64,000 nt of DNA from a virus. The notes under the pieces are model-generated. The model did no database searches and was not told the origin of the DNA. It was given only the letters and a program-made list of their open reading frames with translations. A program made the translations under genes and the position numbers. This document shows, piece after piece, positions 9,568-19,897 of this stretch (position 1 is the stretch's first letter; each line of letters opens with the position of its first letter). The stretch spans positions 32,001 through 96,000 of the IMG/VR virus record IMGVR_UViG_3300029448_007456. One strand, 5' to 3'.

Positions 9568-9876
9568 TTATTCTTTGTCTTTGTCAAGTGATGCTAAAAA
9601 GCCGTTATCGCTGTAAAGATTGGATATGTCTGCGTTTTGTTCCCAATTTAATTGTTCAATATCAACGCCATTCATTTTACCAAAAAATACCAACAATGAT
9701 CTAATCACTTCGCCTAGTTCCCTGCTGTCTATGATTGGATTGATATCACAACCTGCTTCATGGGCATATTCAAGCAAAAGTTCTACAGCATCAAAAACCA
9801 TCATGTCTGATTCGCTGAAGCCTTTGTCCGACTTTTTTATTTTAGGACTATTGAACTTAATAATTTTTGCTGTCAT
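9568..9876 (-). CDS. Hypothetical protein
   Basis: Start re-placed at MTAKIIKF to avoid overlap with the upstream gene. Confidence 0.5.
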   Translation of the reverse strand: MTAKIIKFNSPKIKKSDKGFSESDMMVFDAVELLLEYAHEAGCDINPIIDSRELGEVIRSLLVFFGKMNGVDIEQLNWEQNADISNLYSDNGFLASLDKDKE

Positions 9877-10109
9877 GTTGGATTGTTGATTATGCCTCTG
9901 ATTGAATGTGCCCATCGCCATGCCGCCAGTGCCATAATTGCCCAAGCACCTGTTAAAACGCCAATGGCGAAAAAGAATGGCTGTGCCCACACCGACACCC
10001 ACATGCCAAATTTTCTTTCTTTATTAGTTTTTCCTGACACATAGTATATTGATGTCAAACTGCCTGCAAGTGCAACAGCATTAACAATGTGAAACACCAA
10101 ACTATCCAC
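9873..10109 (-). CDS. Small membrane protein
   Basis: Hydrophobic helices; coupled to infA. Confidence 0.5.
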   Translation of the reverse strand: MDSLVFHIVNAVALAGSLTSIYYVSGKTNKERKFGMWVSVWAQPFFFAIGVLTGAWAIMALAAWRWAHSIRGIINNPT

Positions 10110-10329
10110 GTTTTTTTCCGCGGTATGTTATGCGTCCTTTTGTAAGATCATATGGAGTCATCTCAATTGAGACTTTATCACCTACTAACATTCTAATTTT
10201 AAATTTTTTTAACTTGCCTGCGGTGTAGCACAACACCTTGTGCCCATTTTCTAGTTCTACCATACACCTTGATTCTGGCAACAGATCAATTACTGTGCCT
10301 TGAAACTCTAGATTATCTTCTTTACTCAA
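10102..10329 (-). CDS. infA: Translation initiation factor IF-1
   Basis: SKED.LE..G.V..LLP...VELENGH...GK....[24 protein letters not shown]. Confidence 0.95.
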   Translation of the reverse strand: MSKEDNLEFQGTVIDLLPESRCMVELENGHKVLCYTAGKLKKFKIRMLVGDKVSIEMTPYDLTKGRITYRGKKRG

Positions 10330-10342
10330 TCAATCTCCTTGC

Positions 10343-10696
10343 TTACCAGATGTCTTCGTATTTGCCTTGAATGTCTTCATACTTGAGTATTTTGCCTCGA
10401 GTAAAAAATTCAGGTTTTTTTTCAGCAACTTTGAAAGTGCCCACGGTAATAAACACAGCAACTAAAAATACAAAGTGTGCCACCGCGGTGTAGCCAAACA
10501 CAGTCCAACTCCCTACCAGTAATGAAAATACAATACACCACATCCATGCCAACACTTGTGTGATCATGTGTCTTGTGTTAAAGTCTTTGATATGCCGCAA
10601 AGGGTTTTTGTCGTGTTCCATTACAGAACTGTATGCATCATAAATCATTTCTCGCATGTTGTGTTGTCCTTTCTTGTTACTCATACTTTTTACCAA
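10343..10696 (-). CDS. Membrane hypothetical protein
   Basis: NPL.HI...RH..QVLAWMWCI motif with TM helices. Confidence 0.55.
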   Translation of the reverse strand: MVKSMSNKKGQHNMREMIYDAYSSVMEHDKNPLRHIKDFNTRHMITQVLAWMWCIVFSLLVGSWTVFGYTAVAHFVFLVAVFITVGTFKVAEKKPEFFTRGKILKYEDIQGKYEDIW

Positions 10697-10859
10697 AAAA
10701 TCCTGTCACAGTCTTTATTGGACTTTTAAGTCCTTCATAGGTTTTATCAATAAAGGCAATGTGTTTTACAAGTTTAGCATCCATTTTGTCCATTGTCAAT
10801 TGAAGTTGATCAATTTTGTCTTCAAGTTGGCTGATGCGTTGTTCAAAGTCTCTAGGCAT
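10677..10859 (-). CDS. Coiled-coil hypothetical protein
   Basis: Start re-placed at MPRDFEQR; heptad pattern. Confidence 0.5.
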   Translation of the reverse strand: MPRDFEQRISQLEDKIDQLQLTMDKMDAKLVKHIAFIDKTYEGLKSPIKTVTGFFGKKYE

Positions 10860-10941
10860 TCTTGCCCCAGCCACATAGACTACAACCATCTTCTGTGATG
10901 TCTACTTCACATGAAGGACAAATTATTACTTCGCTAGCCAT
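10852..10941 (-). CDS. Tiny CxxC...CxxC zinc-ribbon peptide (29 aa, not in track)
   Basis: MASEVIICPSCEVDITEDGCSLCGWGKNA, preceded by AAAGGAG. Confidence 0.45.
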   Translation of the reverse strand: MASEVIICPSCEVDITEDGCSLCGWGKNA

Positions 10942-11093
10942 AACCATACTCCTTTCGCTGTGCTTCTATCACAACCACCGCCTATGCCGCCGTCGCAATC
11001 CATGCCATGATACAATAATCTAGCTGGTTCAAAGACTACAAATATCACAACCAACACCACACTTACTATCACTGCTGTAATAAATGGCTTCAT
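10926..11093 (-). CDS. Small membrane protein (55 aa, not in track)
   Basis: MKPFITAVIVSVVLVVIFVVFEP...CDGGIGGGC; ATGA overlap with the ligase stop. Confidence 0.5.
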   Translation of the reverse strand: MKPFITAVIVSVVLVVIFVVFEPARLLYHGMDCDGGIGGGCDRSTAKGVWLWLAK

Positions 11094-12403
11094 ATTTTTT
11101 CTCCTATCTCAAATCCCCTGAATGTTTTAAATCTAGGAAATCTAAGGCTGTATGAACCATCTTGATTTTGTGTTACAGCATCTCCCCTAACTTCTACAAG
11201 TTGGTTTACTATTTTATCCCTGTTGCTCCAAAACTGGTCTCTTTGGGCATCAGAAAAGCCAGAACCTACATTGACTTCGATTGTTTTGTCTCCGTCTGTG
11301 CCTTTGCACACAAATGCACCCAGTCTGCCTTCATTTCTGCCTGTGCCTGGTTCTATGTCCAACACATTCAGTGTTACTTCAATGAACGGTTTTGCTTTCA
11401 ACATGTGATGTGATCTCTTGCATTCATATGGAGCATCAACATCTTTAATCATTACTCCTTCGAATCCATTTGCGATGGCATCTTTGTTGAACTTTAAATA
11501 TTTTTTATAACCTTCAGGTGTGTCCAAATTTACTAAATGTTTCTCTAAAGGAAATAGATAATCAAACTGCTTGTCTTGAAACAGTGCATTCACCATGGCA
11601 TCTCTATCAGCACAGCCAAGGATACTTTTGCCTTTGATAAATTCGTGCTGTGCAATCATATCAAACACAGCAAACTTGGCATCACTGGCTTCAACGTTTT
11701 CTTTACGATGCACCTGCTTCATTAATGCTTGGAAACTTTTGCTGACCATTTCTCCGTCCAATATAGTTGGCACTTCAAAGCCAGGCATAATTTTTTCTCT
11801 AATCTCTTGTTCAACGTGACCAAAGTTGTGCAACTGTTTGCCGTTCCTAGTATACATGGCCACTGTGTCTTTGTCAGGATCAAAAAATGCAAGCACTCTG
11901 ACACCATCCAATTTGTAATCAATAAACTTTTCGCCATGCATCTTGTTGGCATGGTTGGCTGAGTCATGTGCCAGCATCACTTCAAATGTTGGAATCTTAT
12001 ATTTGTCTATGTTTAATTTTTTAGCAACATTGTTAATTGTTTTTTCTGTGACACCACATCGCAAGTCTTTAATCAATATTCTTCTATACCAATTGTTCCA
12101 TTGCTCACATGTGGCTTGTTTCATACGGTCTGCTATAAGATCTCTTGCCGCATGTCCGGTCACTGTTCTGTTATTAAGTTGGCGTTGCAGATCCCAGAAA
12201 GACTCTCTATCTAGTCCTGGACCGTCTTGCTCTAATGTGTCTACTTTTTGCACATTGAAAACATATAATTTGTTTAGTGCAATTCCTAATCCTTCAAAAA
12301 ACTGATCATTGCCTGCTTCCATTTCACGGGCAATTACTCCTTCTTTGAACAATCGTGAATTATCTGATTCCAGTTCTTGTATTATTGTGTATGGCTCATT
12401 CAT
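11090..12403 (-). CDS. ATP-dependent DNA ligase
   Basis: KLDGVR, ILDGEM, FDMI, EGVMIK, VGSGFSD, SLRFPRF motifs. Confidence 0.95.
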   Translation of the reverse strand: MNEPYTIIQELESDNSRLFKEGVIAREMEAGNDQFFEGLGIALNKLYVFNVQKVDTLEQDGPGLDRESFWDLQRQLNNRTVTGHAARDLIADRMKQATCEQWNNWYRRILIKDLRCGVTEKTINNVAKKLNIDKYKIPTFEVMLAHDSANHANKMHGEKFIDYKLDGVRVLAFFDPDKDTVAMYTRNGKQLHNFGHVEQEIREKIMPGFEVPTILDGEMVSKSFQALMKQVHRKENVEASDAKFAVFDMIAQHEFIKGKSILGCADRDAMVNALFQDKQFDYLFPLEKHLVNLDTPEGYKKYLKFNKDAIANGFEGVMIKDVDAPYECKRSHHMLKAKPFIEVTLNVLDIEPGTGRNEGRLGAFVCKGTDGDKTIEVNVGSGFSDAQRDQFWSNRDKIVNQLVEVRGDAVTQNQDGSYSLRFPRFKTFRGFEIGEKI

Positions 12404-12409
12404 ACACTT

Positions 12410-12437
12410 ATTATATGATATTTGGAAAATGTGTCAA
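12410..12437 (-). promoter_or_regulatory. sigma70-type promoter for a leaderless ligase mRNA
   Basis: TTGACA-N16-TATAAT, then 6 nt to ATG. Confidence 0.7.
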
Positions 12438-12438
12438 T

Positions 12439-12456
12439 CGGGGGCAAAAACCCCCG
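12439..12456 (-). terminator. Putative terminator hairpin after the porin gene
   Basis: CGGGGG/CCCCCG inverted repeat; no clear U-tract. Confidence 0.45.
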
Positions 12457-12470
12457 ATTGTATTAGGTTT

Positions 12471-13259
12471 TTAGAATGATAATTCAACACCCATTGCTGG
12501 AGTTGTTTCTTCTGAGTCTAAATTGTAGTTTGCTTCAACATAGTAACCTAGATCTTTCCAAGTTCCTTTGTATCCTGCACCCACGTTCTTTGACCAGTCT
12601 GCTTCATTACCATCAACATAAGCAGATAAACCGCCTATTGATAGTATTGATTCATATGCAACTTCATCAGTAAGTGATGCGTCCTGTGTTACCACAGTTG
12701 AAACATTTGCTGACTCGTTGAGTGCAAACGCAACTGAACCTGCATAGATGTTGTCATCTGATGCAATTGTGTGATCCACAGATGCACCTACAGTGAACTT
12801 GCTTACTGTTGTGCTGTATTTTGCCTGAACAGTATCAAAGTCTGAGATGTCTGTGTCTGTGTCAGAAAATTTACCTCTTACAGATAAACCACTGATGTTT
12901 AACACAATGCTCTCGCCTGCATCACTTGGGTTTGCGATTGTATTCGCTCCCACCGTTTCAAGACCTCCACCAATAAAGATGTCGCCCTGATCGCCGTATG
13001 ATACAGATGTCGTCGCAGTTATATTTGCACCTATTTGATATTCGTCTAGTACAAATTGATCCGAAGCATTTGTCTTAACGTCGATTGAACCAAAAGCAAC
13101 ACCTGAGTCGCCTGCGATTCCTAACTTGATTGATTCAGTTGAGATGTAGTCATTACTTGCGTTTTCTGTAATGTCAAGTTCCACTTTACCGGTAATTGTG
13201 GCAGCTTGTGTTACACCTGCAAAACCTAAAGCAATCAATAATGCTGTTAGTTTTTTCAT
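12471..13259 (-). CDS. Outer-membrane beta-barrel (porin-like) protein
   Basis: Signal peptide, alternating beta-strand pattern, C-terminal Phe (GVELSF). Confidence 0.7.
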   Translation of the reverse strand: MKKLTALLIALGFAGVTQAATITGKVELDITENASNDYISTESIKLGIAGDSGVAFGSIDVKTNASDQFVLDEYQIGANITATTSVSYGDQGDIFIGGGLETVGANTIANPSDAGESIVLNISGLSVRGKFSDTDTDISDFDTVQAKYSTTVSKFTVGASVDHTIASDDNIYAGSVAFALNESANVSTVVTQDASLTDEVAYESILSIGGLSAYVDGNEADWSKNVGAGYKGTWKDLGYYVEANYNLDSEETTPAMGVELSF

Positions 13260-13391
13260 GTAGTATAGTCTCCTCTATAGTTTGGTTTATTATATAATAA
13301 ACGTATACCAAATCGCAACCAAAAAATTGTGTCTGCGAAAAGGCATACCGCTTTATATAGTGTCAGCATGCCTTTGGTTTAAGTGTTATGA

Positions 13392-14408
13392 TTATTTAGA
13401 AGCCTTGGCTTTTAAATCCATTGTGGTTAAGTTTTCTACAATTGCTTTGACTTCTGCCGCCTTGTCTTCTGCAAGTGGCACCAGTCCGAGTGAACCAAGA
13501 AAACCATCAATAGATGTGGCTTCATCTGATATGAACAATTTAGCATATTCCTCAATGCCAGGAACGATGCCAACATGATCTTTTTTGATGTAGTAAAACA
13601 GAGGTCTTGCTATTGGATATTCATATGATTGAATTGTTTCCAATGAAGGCTTGACTCCGTTCACTGTAGATCCTTTGATGGCATCTTTATTTTCCAACAG
13701 ATATGAATAACCAAAGAATCCAAATCTATCAGGACTGTCTTTAAGTTTGTTCACAATGAGTGTGTCGTTCTCACCCATCTCTGTGGTTGCACCATCTTCT
13801 CTGAAGTGTTTGCACCCGTTTTTTTCTGTTTGTAGGTCTTTGGCTCCAGCTTCTTTACAGCCTTTTTTCATCACTAATGATTCCCAAGCATCTCTGGTGC
13901 CCGATGATGGTGGTGCCACCAATATATCGATTTTCATGTTTGGCAGTGATGCATCAATTTCTGACCACTTTGTGTATGGATTAGGCACTAGTTTGCCGTC
14001 CACAGGCACTTCTTTGGCCATTGCTAACCACAACTGTTTAGTGGTCACTTTCATGTCAGGACCTTCCAGTGAGTTGGCAAACACAATGCCGTCGTTGCCT
14101 ACAATAACTTCAACAACACTGTCAACGCCATTGTCTAAACACAATTTGGCTTCTTTGGACTTCATAGCCCTTGAAGCATTTGTGATGTCTGGATGTTCTA
14201 GGCCTACACCGGCACAGAACATTTTCATACCACCGCCTGATCCAGTGGATGCCACAGTGGGTGCTTTTGAACCAGCTTCGCTCAGTCTTTCTGCCACAAC
14301 AGTAGAGTATGGATACACTGTAGATGAACCTACAATGTTAATGATATCTCTTGCCTGTAGTGTGGAAGAAAGGAGAACTGAAGCTAGTAGGATTACTAAC
14401 TTGTTCAT
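13392..14408 (-). CDS. pstS: Phosphate ABC transporter substrate-binding protein
   Basis: IVGSSTVYP, STGSGGG.K.FC.G.G..HPDI.NASR, PPSSGTRD, YPIARPLFYY. Confidence 0.92.
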   Translation of the reverse strand: MNKLVILLASVLLSSTLQARDIINIVGSSTVYPYSTVVAERLSEAGSKAPTVASTGSGGGMKMFCAGVGLEHPDITNASRAMKSKEAKLCLDNGVDSVVEVIVGNDGIVFANSLEGPDMKVTTKQLWLAMAKEVPVDGKLVPNPYTKWSEIDASLPNMKIDILVAPPSSGTRDAWESLVMKKGCKEAGAKDLQTEKNGCKHFREDGATTEMGENDTLIVNKLKDSPDRFGFFGYSYLLENKDAIKGSTVNGVKPSLETIQSYEYPIARPLFYYIKKDHVGIVPGIEEYAKLFISDEATSIDGFLGSLGLVPLAEDKAAEVKAIVENLTTMDLKAKASK

Positions 14409-14471
14409 GATAAATTTCCTTTCATTGTATGGAGTATCCATAGATATATATTAAAATTATATGCTTATATA

Positions 14472-14511
14472 ATTACACAATTGTTACAATTTCTTTAAGA
14501 ATTTATTACAG
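14472..14511 (-). promoter_or_regulatory. Pho-box-like direct repeats upstream of pstS
   Basis: CTGTAAT/(TCTTAAA)/TTGTAAC/GTGTAAT at 11-bp period, similar to PhoB half-sites. Confidence 0.6.
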
Positions 14512-14559
14512 TGAACCAATGATATCTCATAGAAGAGTGTAAATGTTCTCTATGTGGGA

Positions 14560-14787
14560 TCAATGAATGGATACAGTTTTGCAATGATCACGTCGATTGA
14601 ATCCAGTGCCTTCTAGTTCTTCTTGTTTTGCAAACAGGCAAAACCATGCAGAATCTTCACAGTCTTTCTGACGATCATAAACACCATCGGATATAATTGC
14701 TTTGTGGGTATTGGGTTTACGATAATAGAATGCATGACCTTTGAGTTGGTCATCATAATACACAGTGATATGTGGTTCACGTGTCAT
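14560..14787 (-). CDS. Hypothetical protein
   Basis: ORF; start re-placed at MTREPH. Confidence 0.45.
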   Translation of the reverse strand: MTREPHITVYYDDQLKGHAFYYRKPNTHKAIISDGVYDRQKDCEDSAWFCLFAKQEELEGTGFNRRDHCKTVSIH

Positions 14788-15397
14788 GCAAATATTTATT
14801 GAAATTTTGCGTGGTATCCCTTGAAAAATTTGCATGTCTATGCCACTGTTTTGGACATTGATATTCTGCAGGTGCTATCCAAACAAAATTGACATGTGGA
14901 TAACTTTCAAACAGTTTGTCCAATTGATGATGCCAATACTTAGGATCGACTGCTTTGTTATCATATCCATTTGTATTGGCATACACATTAGTGTAGTTGT
15001 TTTGTTGTGTCATATCGAAACCGATCAGATAGCAAAGATTGGTTGTCTGCATGTTCCATTCATAGTTTTTAAATGCACAAGCAATGTTGATTGCATGTGG
15101 ACCTGAATTCCAATGCCAAGGGTTGTCTTCTCTTTCAGTTCCATTGTATGGCAGTTCTGGATAAGCACTTACCATGAACTTAGTATTCCAGTTTGGTCTA
15201 GTGTATAACTGTCCTGGGTAGTCAGATGATAATACCTCAGCAACCATTCGCTGATCAGCGGCTGACACTATGTCTGGATGAAAGTCTCTTACGATTGCGT
15301 TACAGCCGACAGTGACTCCTTGCTTTTTACAAGAGTCAAGATCTATCGGCTGTCTGCTCTCACCATTGCCTATTACAAAGGTGATGCGTTTTTTCAT
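14777..15397 (-). CDS. Maf/MptE-like (glycosyltransferase-related) domain protein
   Basis: FVIGNGESR, GCNA, PD.V..D, NSG..A, YLIGFD pattern. Confidence 0.5.
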   Translation of the reverse strand: MKKRITFVIGNGESRQPIDLDSCKKQGVTVGCNAIVRDFHPDIVSAADQRMVAEVLSSDYPGQLYTRPNWNTKFMVSAYPELPYNGTEREDNPWHWNSGPHAINIACAFKNYEWNMQTTNLCYLIGFDMTQQNNYTNVYANTNGYDNKAVDPKYWHHQLDKLFESYPHVNFVWIAPAEYQCPKQWHRHANFSRDTTQNFNKYLHDT

Positions 15398-17175
15398 TAA
15401 AATAGATATTTTAAACTGACAGCAAATTCTCTGCCAGGCTGTGTATATCCCATTGGTCTTTCATATGCCAAATCAGTCACGTTGTTGATTGTGGCAGTTA
15501 CTTCAGTGGCGTCACTCACTTTATACAAAAGTCCGATGTCTGTGTAGTGTTGTTCACTATTGGTCACAGTTGACCAATTGGTTGGGTGAATATCTTTGTG
15601 TTCACCATAGTAGTTCCAATCATACCAAACTTTCAACTTGTCTGTGACATCATGACCTAAACCAACCACAGCAGAATACTGCGGGCGTCTAGTTAATTGC
15701 ACATCATCTGAATCCTGTGCATGCACGGACGTTACACTAAAGTTGATTGTTGTGTCATCATACTGTTGTTTGTTCTGCAACTCCCAACCTTCCATAGAAC
15801 TGGTTCCAGTTGTGTTGTTATAAGTTGAGTTTGAATAAGATATCATGTTGTCAATTTTTGTGGAAAACACAACAAACTTGCTGTCCATACTGACATATTC
15901 GTTTTTGACTTTTGACACCAATCCAATTTCGTTGTTCACTGAACGTTCTTCTTCAAGACTAGCATTGCCTGAATATCCGAAGTTGTCAGCACCATACATT
16001 TCATACAGTGTAGGCGCACGGAATCCTGTGTTGTGTCCTGCAATGGCTGTCATGTGGTCATTTAATTTGTAACCAACACCAAGTCGATACGTGTTAACAT
16101 CATCATGTAAACTGTTAGTATCATGTCTAACTCCTGTGTTCAACAACACATTACCTAGTTTGTAATCTGCATTTAGAAAATATGCATTTGCTTGTGCTGA
16201 TTTGTCCACAGATGAATTGTAAGATCCTTTGTTGTCAAATTTTGCTGTGTAGGCTGATCCTTCTGTTCCAACGGTGTATTCTACTGGCCCAAATGTATTG
16301 GTATGGGATAGTTTGATATGATTAGTTGAACTGTCGTAAGTGTCTATCTCTGTGCCATTCACATATTCACGGTCATGCACGTTTCTATCAATGACAAAAT
16401 TTACAACATCTGATTCGTATCTTGCTTGTAAAAAGTAAAAATCTGAATCTGATGTGTAGTCAGTGTCGTCAGTGCCACCTGCATCAAGGTCAGCACTTGC
16501 ATCTCTATACACCACTGTGGTGCCAATTTTTGCATTTTCAGTGTAGTGCGTTGAATCAAAGTTCAATGTCTGATACTGATATCCGTCATTGTCTCCGCCT
16601 TCTACAATAGAATATCCATCGGATGATTCTTGATACATTTTAATAGAGTATATTCCTGATGGTTGTGCAGTAAAATAGTTTACTCCAAGGCCTGCGGTGT
16701 TGTTAGATCCAGTCTTAAGTTCTACACTGTCTTCTAATGTGCCTCCAGTGTTGATGTTAATAGCACCACCAATTGCACCAGGTCCCCAAAGTGTGCTCTG
16801 CGATCCTTTGTATAAATCAATTGAACCTGCATAAGTCACTGAATCTACACCTGCATCAAACAATCCGTTAGTTGTAGAATGGTCAGTTACTGGTGATCCG
16901 TTGATCATAAACAGTGTGTGGTTGGAATTAGTTCCTCTTGTAAACACAGAGGTTTGTTGTCCACGTGGTCCAGATCTTATTGCTTGAAATGAAGTATTGC
17001 TGTCCAGCACTTCACCTATGGTCACAGTGTTCTTATAGGACTGTGTTTTGACTGTGTCCACATTTGTTGTTAATAAACTTTTGTCACTTGGCACAATATA
17101 CAGTGTGACATCAAGAGCACTGGCAGTTGCTATTGATCCAAAAACAAAAGTCAAGATTATCGTTAGTATTTTCAT
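15397..17175 (-). CDS. btuB: TonB-dependent cobalamin receptor
   Basis: Plug motifs SVFTRGTNSNHTL.MING and KGSQSTLWG..AIGGAINI; GFRAPTLYEMYG; C-terminal F; downstream of a B12 riboswitch, with the start after its AGGAG. Confidence 0.88.
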   Translation of the reverse strand: MKILTIILTFVFGSIATASALDVTLYIVPSDKSLLTTNVDTVKTQSYKNTVTIGEVLDSNTSFQAIRSGPRGQQTSVFTRGTNSNHTLFMINGSPVTDHSTTNGLFDAGVDSVTYAGSIDLYKGSQSTLWGPGAIGGAININTGGTLEDSVELKTGSNNTAGLGVNYFTAQPSGIYSIKMYQESSDGYSIVEGGDNDGYQYQTLNFDSTHYTENAKIGTTVVYRDASADLDAGGTDDTDYTSDSDFYFLQARYESDVVNFVIDRNVHDREYVNGTEIDTYDSSTNHIKLSHTNTFGPVEYTVGTEGSAYTAKFDNKGSYNSSVDKSAQANAYFLNADYKLGNVLLNTGVRHDTNSLHDDVNTYRLGVGYKLNDHMTAIAGHNTGFRAPTLYEMYGADNFGYSGNASLEEERSVNNEIGLVSKVKNEYVSMDSKFVVFSTKIDNMISYSNSTYNNTTGTSSMEGWELQNKQQYDDTTINFSVTSVHAQDSDDVQLTRRPQYSAVVGLGHDVTDKLKVWYDWNYYGEHKDIHPTNWSTVTNSEQHYTDIGLLYKVSDATEVTATINNVTDLAYERPMGYTQPGREFAVSLKYLF

Positions 17176-17278
17176 AAAGTCTCCTTGCTTTGTTCTACCC
17201 CTAGGTGGCATTCGGACTATAACCGTATCAAGTAATGTGAACGAATTTCACGTCGCTTTCCCACTATGCTTTTAGGAA
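17176..17278 (-). ncRNA. Cobalamin riboswitch, class II (AdoCbl-variant/Cbl-IIa type)
   Basis: CCUAAAAGC.UAGUGGGAAAG.GACGUGAAAUUCGU...UUACUUGAUACGGUUAUA.UCCGAAUGCCACCUAGG; P13 AAAG-CAAGGAGA-CUUU carries the RBS. Confidence 0.92.
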
Positions 17279-17285
17279 CTATTGT

Positions 17286-17314
17286 ATTTTATATGTTTTA
17301 GATGTGTTTGTCAA
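17286..17314 (-). promoter_or_regulatory. sigma70 promoter of the riboswitch-btuB unit
   Basis: TTGACA-N17-TAAAAT directly ahead of the riboswitch. Confidence 0.75.
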
Positions 17315-17328
17315 GAACTTTGATTGTT

Positions 17329-17775
17329 TTATGCAAATCTAAATTTTGGTATTTCAAAAGTGTGCTTCTGCAGATATTCGAACATTTGTGCAAAGATCAA
17401 TGTGCTGATCAACATGTTCACATAGAACGGAATGGCCATCATATAACAAGTGATCAAACCTTCCAGAGTATAACCATACCATCCACCGGTCCACACAGCA
17501 AAATTAGTCACAACAAAAAACAGTGTTGCACTAAAAATTGCACCACGTTGAAAATATGCAATTGCAAATAGACTGGCGTATACCCACAGCATGTAAGAAT
17601 GAAACCCAATTATTGCATCTGAAATAATGTATGCAATTAAACATGGCAGTACACTGACAAGACCAGTCATCATAAACACAGCAATCACTGGTGTAAAGTT
17701 TGGTGGATGCGGAAGCAGTCTAGACGCCACTATGCAAAAAAGCATAAAAATTGTGGTATAAGTATTTTTTGACAT
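17329..17775 (-). CDS. DUF6580-like membrane protein (putative cobalamin transporter component)
   Basis: SRLLPHPPNFTPV, SD..IGF, FF.VTNFAVW, GL..CY.MAIPF motifs; multiple TM helices. Confidence 0.7.
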   Translation of the reverse strand: MSKNTYTTIFMLFCIVASRLLPHPPNFTPVIAVFMMTGLVSVLPCLIAYIISDAIIGFHSYMLWVYASLFAIAYFQRGAIFSATLFFVVTNFAVWTGGWYGYTLEGLITCYMMAIPFYVNMLISTLIFAQMFEYLQKHTFEIPKFRFA

Positions 17776-17823
17776 GGTTACGTTACTATATATTTATTTT
17801 ACTGTTTTGTCAAACAAATCGTA

Positions 17824-19350
17824 ATGATTGATTTCCTATTAATCACTGGCCCTGTGAGAGACTTAACTTTTGCACCAATGGCACTAGCACAGTTAAAAAG
17901 TATCAGCGAAGCGGCTGGATTCACATGTAAAACCATAGATTACAATCAAAAATACTTTCATCACCAATGCAACAAAGACAAAAACAAGTTTTATGAACAA
18001 ACCAAAATGTTTAGAAACACTTTGCCACTGACCTATGATGAAATTGCCAACAGTCATTGTGGTACTTGGTTGGCACATAAAGTAATACAAGATGTCAAAA
18101 AATACAATCCTAAGACAGTTGGGGTGAGCAGTTTTAGTAGATACAACAACATATCTTGCGTGTTGATCTGTAAAATTATCAAACAGCATTTTGCACACAT
18201 CAAAATTATTATTGGTGGATATGGTCTACACAATCCCCTAAATTATCTAGATGCCTTTGATGCAACTCTACAATCACAACCCGAAGTTGGCGAGTTACTC
18301 AAAGTCAACAACTTATGTGACACCTATATTATCGGTGATGCAGAACACAAATTGATAGAATGGTTGAAAGATCACACAGTGGATTATTCTGGATTGAACA
18401 AAAGGATTATTGATGCCAATTGGACTGATACTCCTTATGCTGACTTCGAGGATCTCGACATAGAAAATTACGACTATCACAAAGGATTAATACTACCAAT
18501 GACTGGCAGTAAAGGATGTGTAAGAAAATGCACTTTCTGTGACATCCCACATAACTTTGGTAAATTTTCGTTCAAGTCAGGAAAATCAATAGCAGATGAA
18601 GTGATGCATCTTTATGAACACTATGGAGCCAAAACAATTTATTTTACAGATTCGCTGGTGAATGGCAGCCTCAGTGCATTCATTGATTATGTAGAAACTT
18701 TAGCAGAACTAAAAGCAAAGAAAGGGTATGACGATCTAAGATGGACTGGACAATACATTGTGAGACCAGCACATCAAATTCCTGATCCGGAAAATTATTA
18801 TGCTCTGTTGAATGAAAGTGGAGCAGAAGGACTTACTATAGGTATTGAGTCTGGCAGTAACAAAGTTTTGGCTGAAATGAAAAAACACTGCACTGTGGAT
18901 GATATTCTCACTGAAATCAATTATTTTTCCTCACATGATGTGTCTTGTGGTATATTATTGTTTCCTGCATTTCCATCTGAGACTAGACAAGATTTTTTAG
19001 CCACAGTGAAAATGTTGAAAAAATTACAACCATATTGGTGCAACGGTACAATAAATCTTGTAAACTTCAACACATTTTATGGCAATGAAAATTACAGTGA
19101 ATGGGGTAAAAAGACAGAACAAGACGGCATGTATTCACATCCCAATGATCATAGTTTATGGTGGTATAAAAATAATCCAAAACTAGATTACAAAGAGATT
19201 GTGTTTAGGAGACTGGTATTGAATAAGTTGGTTGAAACTCTCAATATTCCAACCAATCACGAATATGACTACATGACCCAAATTCATAATTATTTTACAA
19301 CAAACATAGGAAAGGTAAAAAAGTTTCATGCTGACATTAAAAAACATTGA
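17824..19350 (+). CDS. B12-binding radical SAM enzyme
   Basis: N-terminal B12-binding pattern (PMALAQL, VGVSS, IIIGG, GDAE); SKGCVRKCTFC; FTDS; IGIESGS. Confidence 0.85.
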   Translation: MIDFLLITGPVRDLTFAPMALAQLKSISEAAGFTCKTIDYNQKYFHHQCNKDKNKFYEQTKMFRNTLPLTYDEIANSHCGTWLAHKVIQDVKKYNPKTVGVSSFSRYNNISCVLICKIIKQHFAHIKIIIGGYGLHNPLNYLDAFDATLQSQPEVGELLKVNNLCDTYIIGDAEHKLIEWLKDHTVDYSGLNKRIIDANWTDTPYADFEDLDIENYDYHKGLILPMTGSKGCVRKCTFCDIPHNFGKFSFKSGKSIADEVMHLYEHYGAKTIYFTDSLVNGSLSAFIDYVETLAELKAKKGYDDLRWTGQYIVRPAHQIPDPENYYALLNESGAEGLTIGIESGSNKVLAEMKKHCTVDDILTEINYFSSHDVSCGILLFPAFPSETRQDFLATVKMLKKLQPYWCNGTINLVNFNTFYGNENYSEWGKKTEQDGMYSHPNDHSLWWYKNNPKLDYKEIVFRRLVLNKLVETLNIPTNHEYDYMTQIHNYFTTNIGKVKKFHADIKKH

Positions 19351-19897
19351 ATCAGAGATTGATAAATGTGTTGCTCTAGCAGATGAGTATTCCTATAGAT
19401 TTGAAATTGAACTGCAAGGTGTATTGTGCAACGGAGATCCTAACACATTTATAAAAATTAATCAAACCACATACTATGAAGAAAAGTTTAATGGTGACAA
19501 AAGTTTTGTGATCGATTGTGTGTTGCCAAAAGATAGTGTGTGCAACATTGTGATTGGATTACAGCACAAACAAACTTCCAACACAATACTACAGAACAAT
19601 AAAATCATACAAGATCAATTTGTCAAAATACGAGACATAAGAATCAATCAAATCAGTTTAGTAAAAAATAATTTATACTTTTGGGACCATTCCAAGTTTG
19701 TGATGCAAAACAATGGTGAAGTCCTGCACAACAGAGATGGAGCATATTTTAATGGTGAATTCATATTGTCGTTGCAGACACCTATATTTCCTTATCTCAG
19801 TAAATTGTTTCAGGACAATATAAAAAATTACAATGTTGAAAACAAATTTTTGTCATCTGAACACAGACAGGAATTGATTCAAGCAGTGTATGATTAG
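19328..19897 (+). CDS. Hypothetical protein coupled to the radical SAM gene
   Basis: Overlapping ORF. Confidence 0.55.
   Translation: MLTLKNIESEIDKCVALADEYSYRFEIELQGVLCNGDPNTFIKINQTTYYEEKFNGDKSFVIDCVLPKDSVCNIVIGLQHKQTSNTILQNNKIIQDQFVKIRDIRINQISLVKNNLYFWDHSKFVMQNNGEVLHNRDGAYFNGEFILSLQTPIFPYLSKLFQDNIKNYNVENKFLSSEHRQELIQAVYD

Noticed and set aside
13347-13362. NrdR box-like CTTTATATAGTGT
   Set aside because: It is a single copy upstream of a porin rather than nrd genes, and chance matches are likely in AT-rich DNA.
13747-14454. Long antisense ORFs in the track (this one, 38106-38633, 27601-28029 and others)
   Set aside because: They are shadow frames opposite well-supported genes, with no RBS or recognisable motifs.
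17176-17211. N-terminal extension of btuB shown in the ORF track
   Set aside because: It lies within the riboswitch; the RBS and signal peptide support the ATG at 17175.
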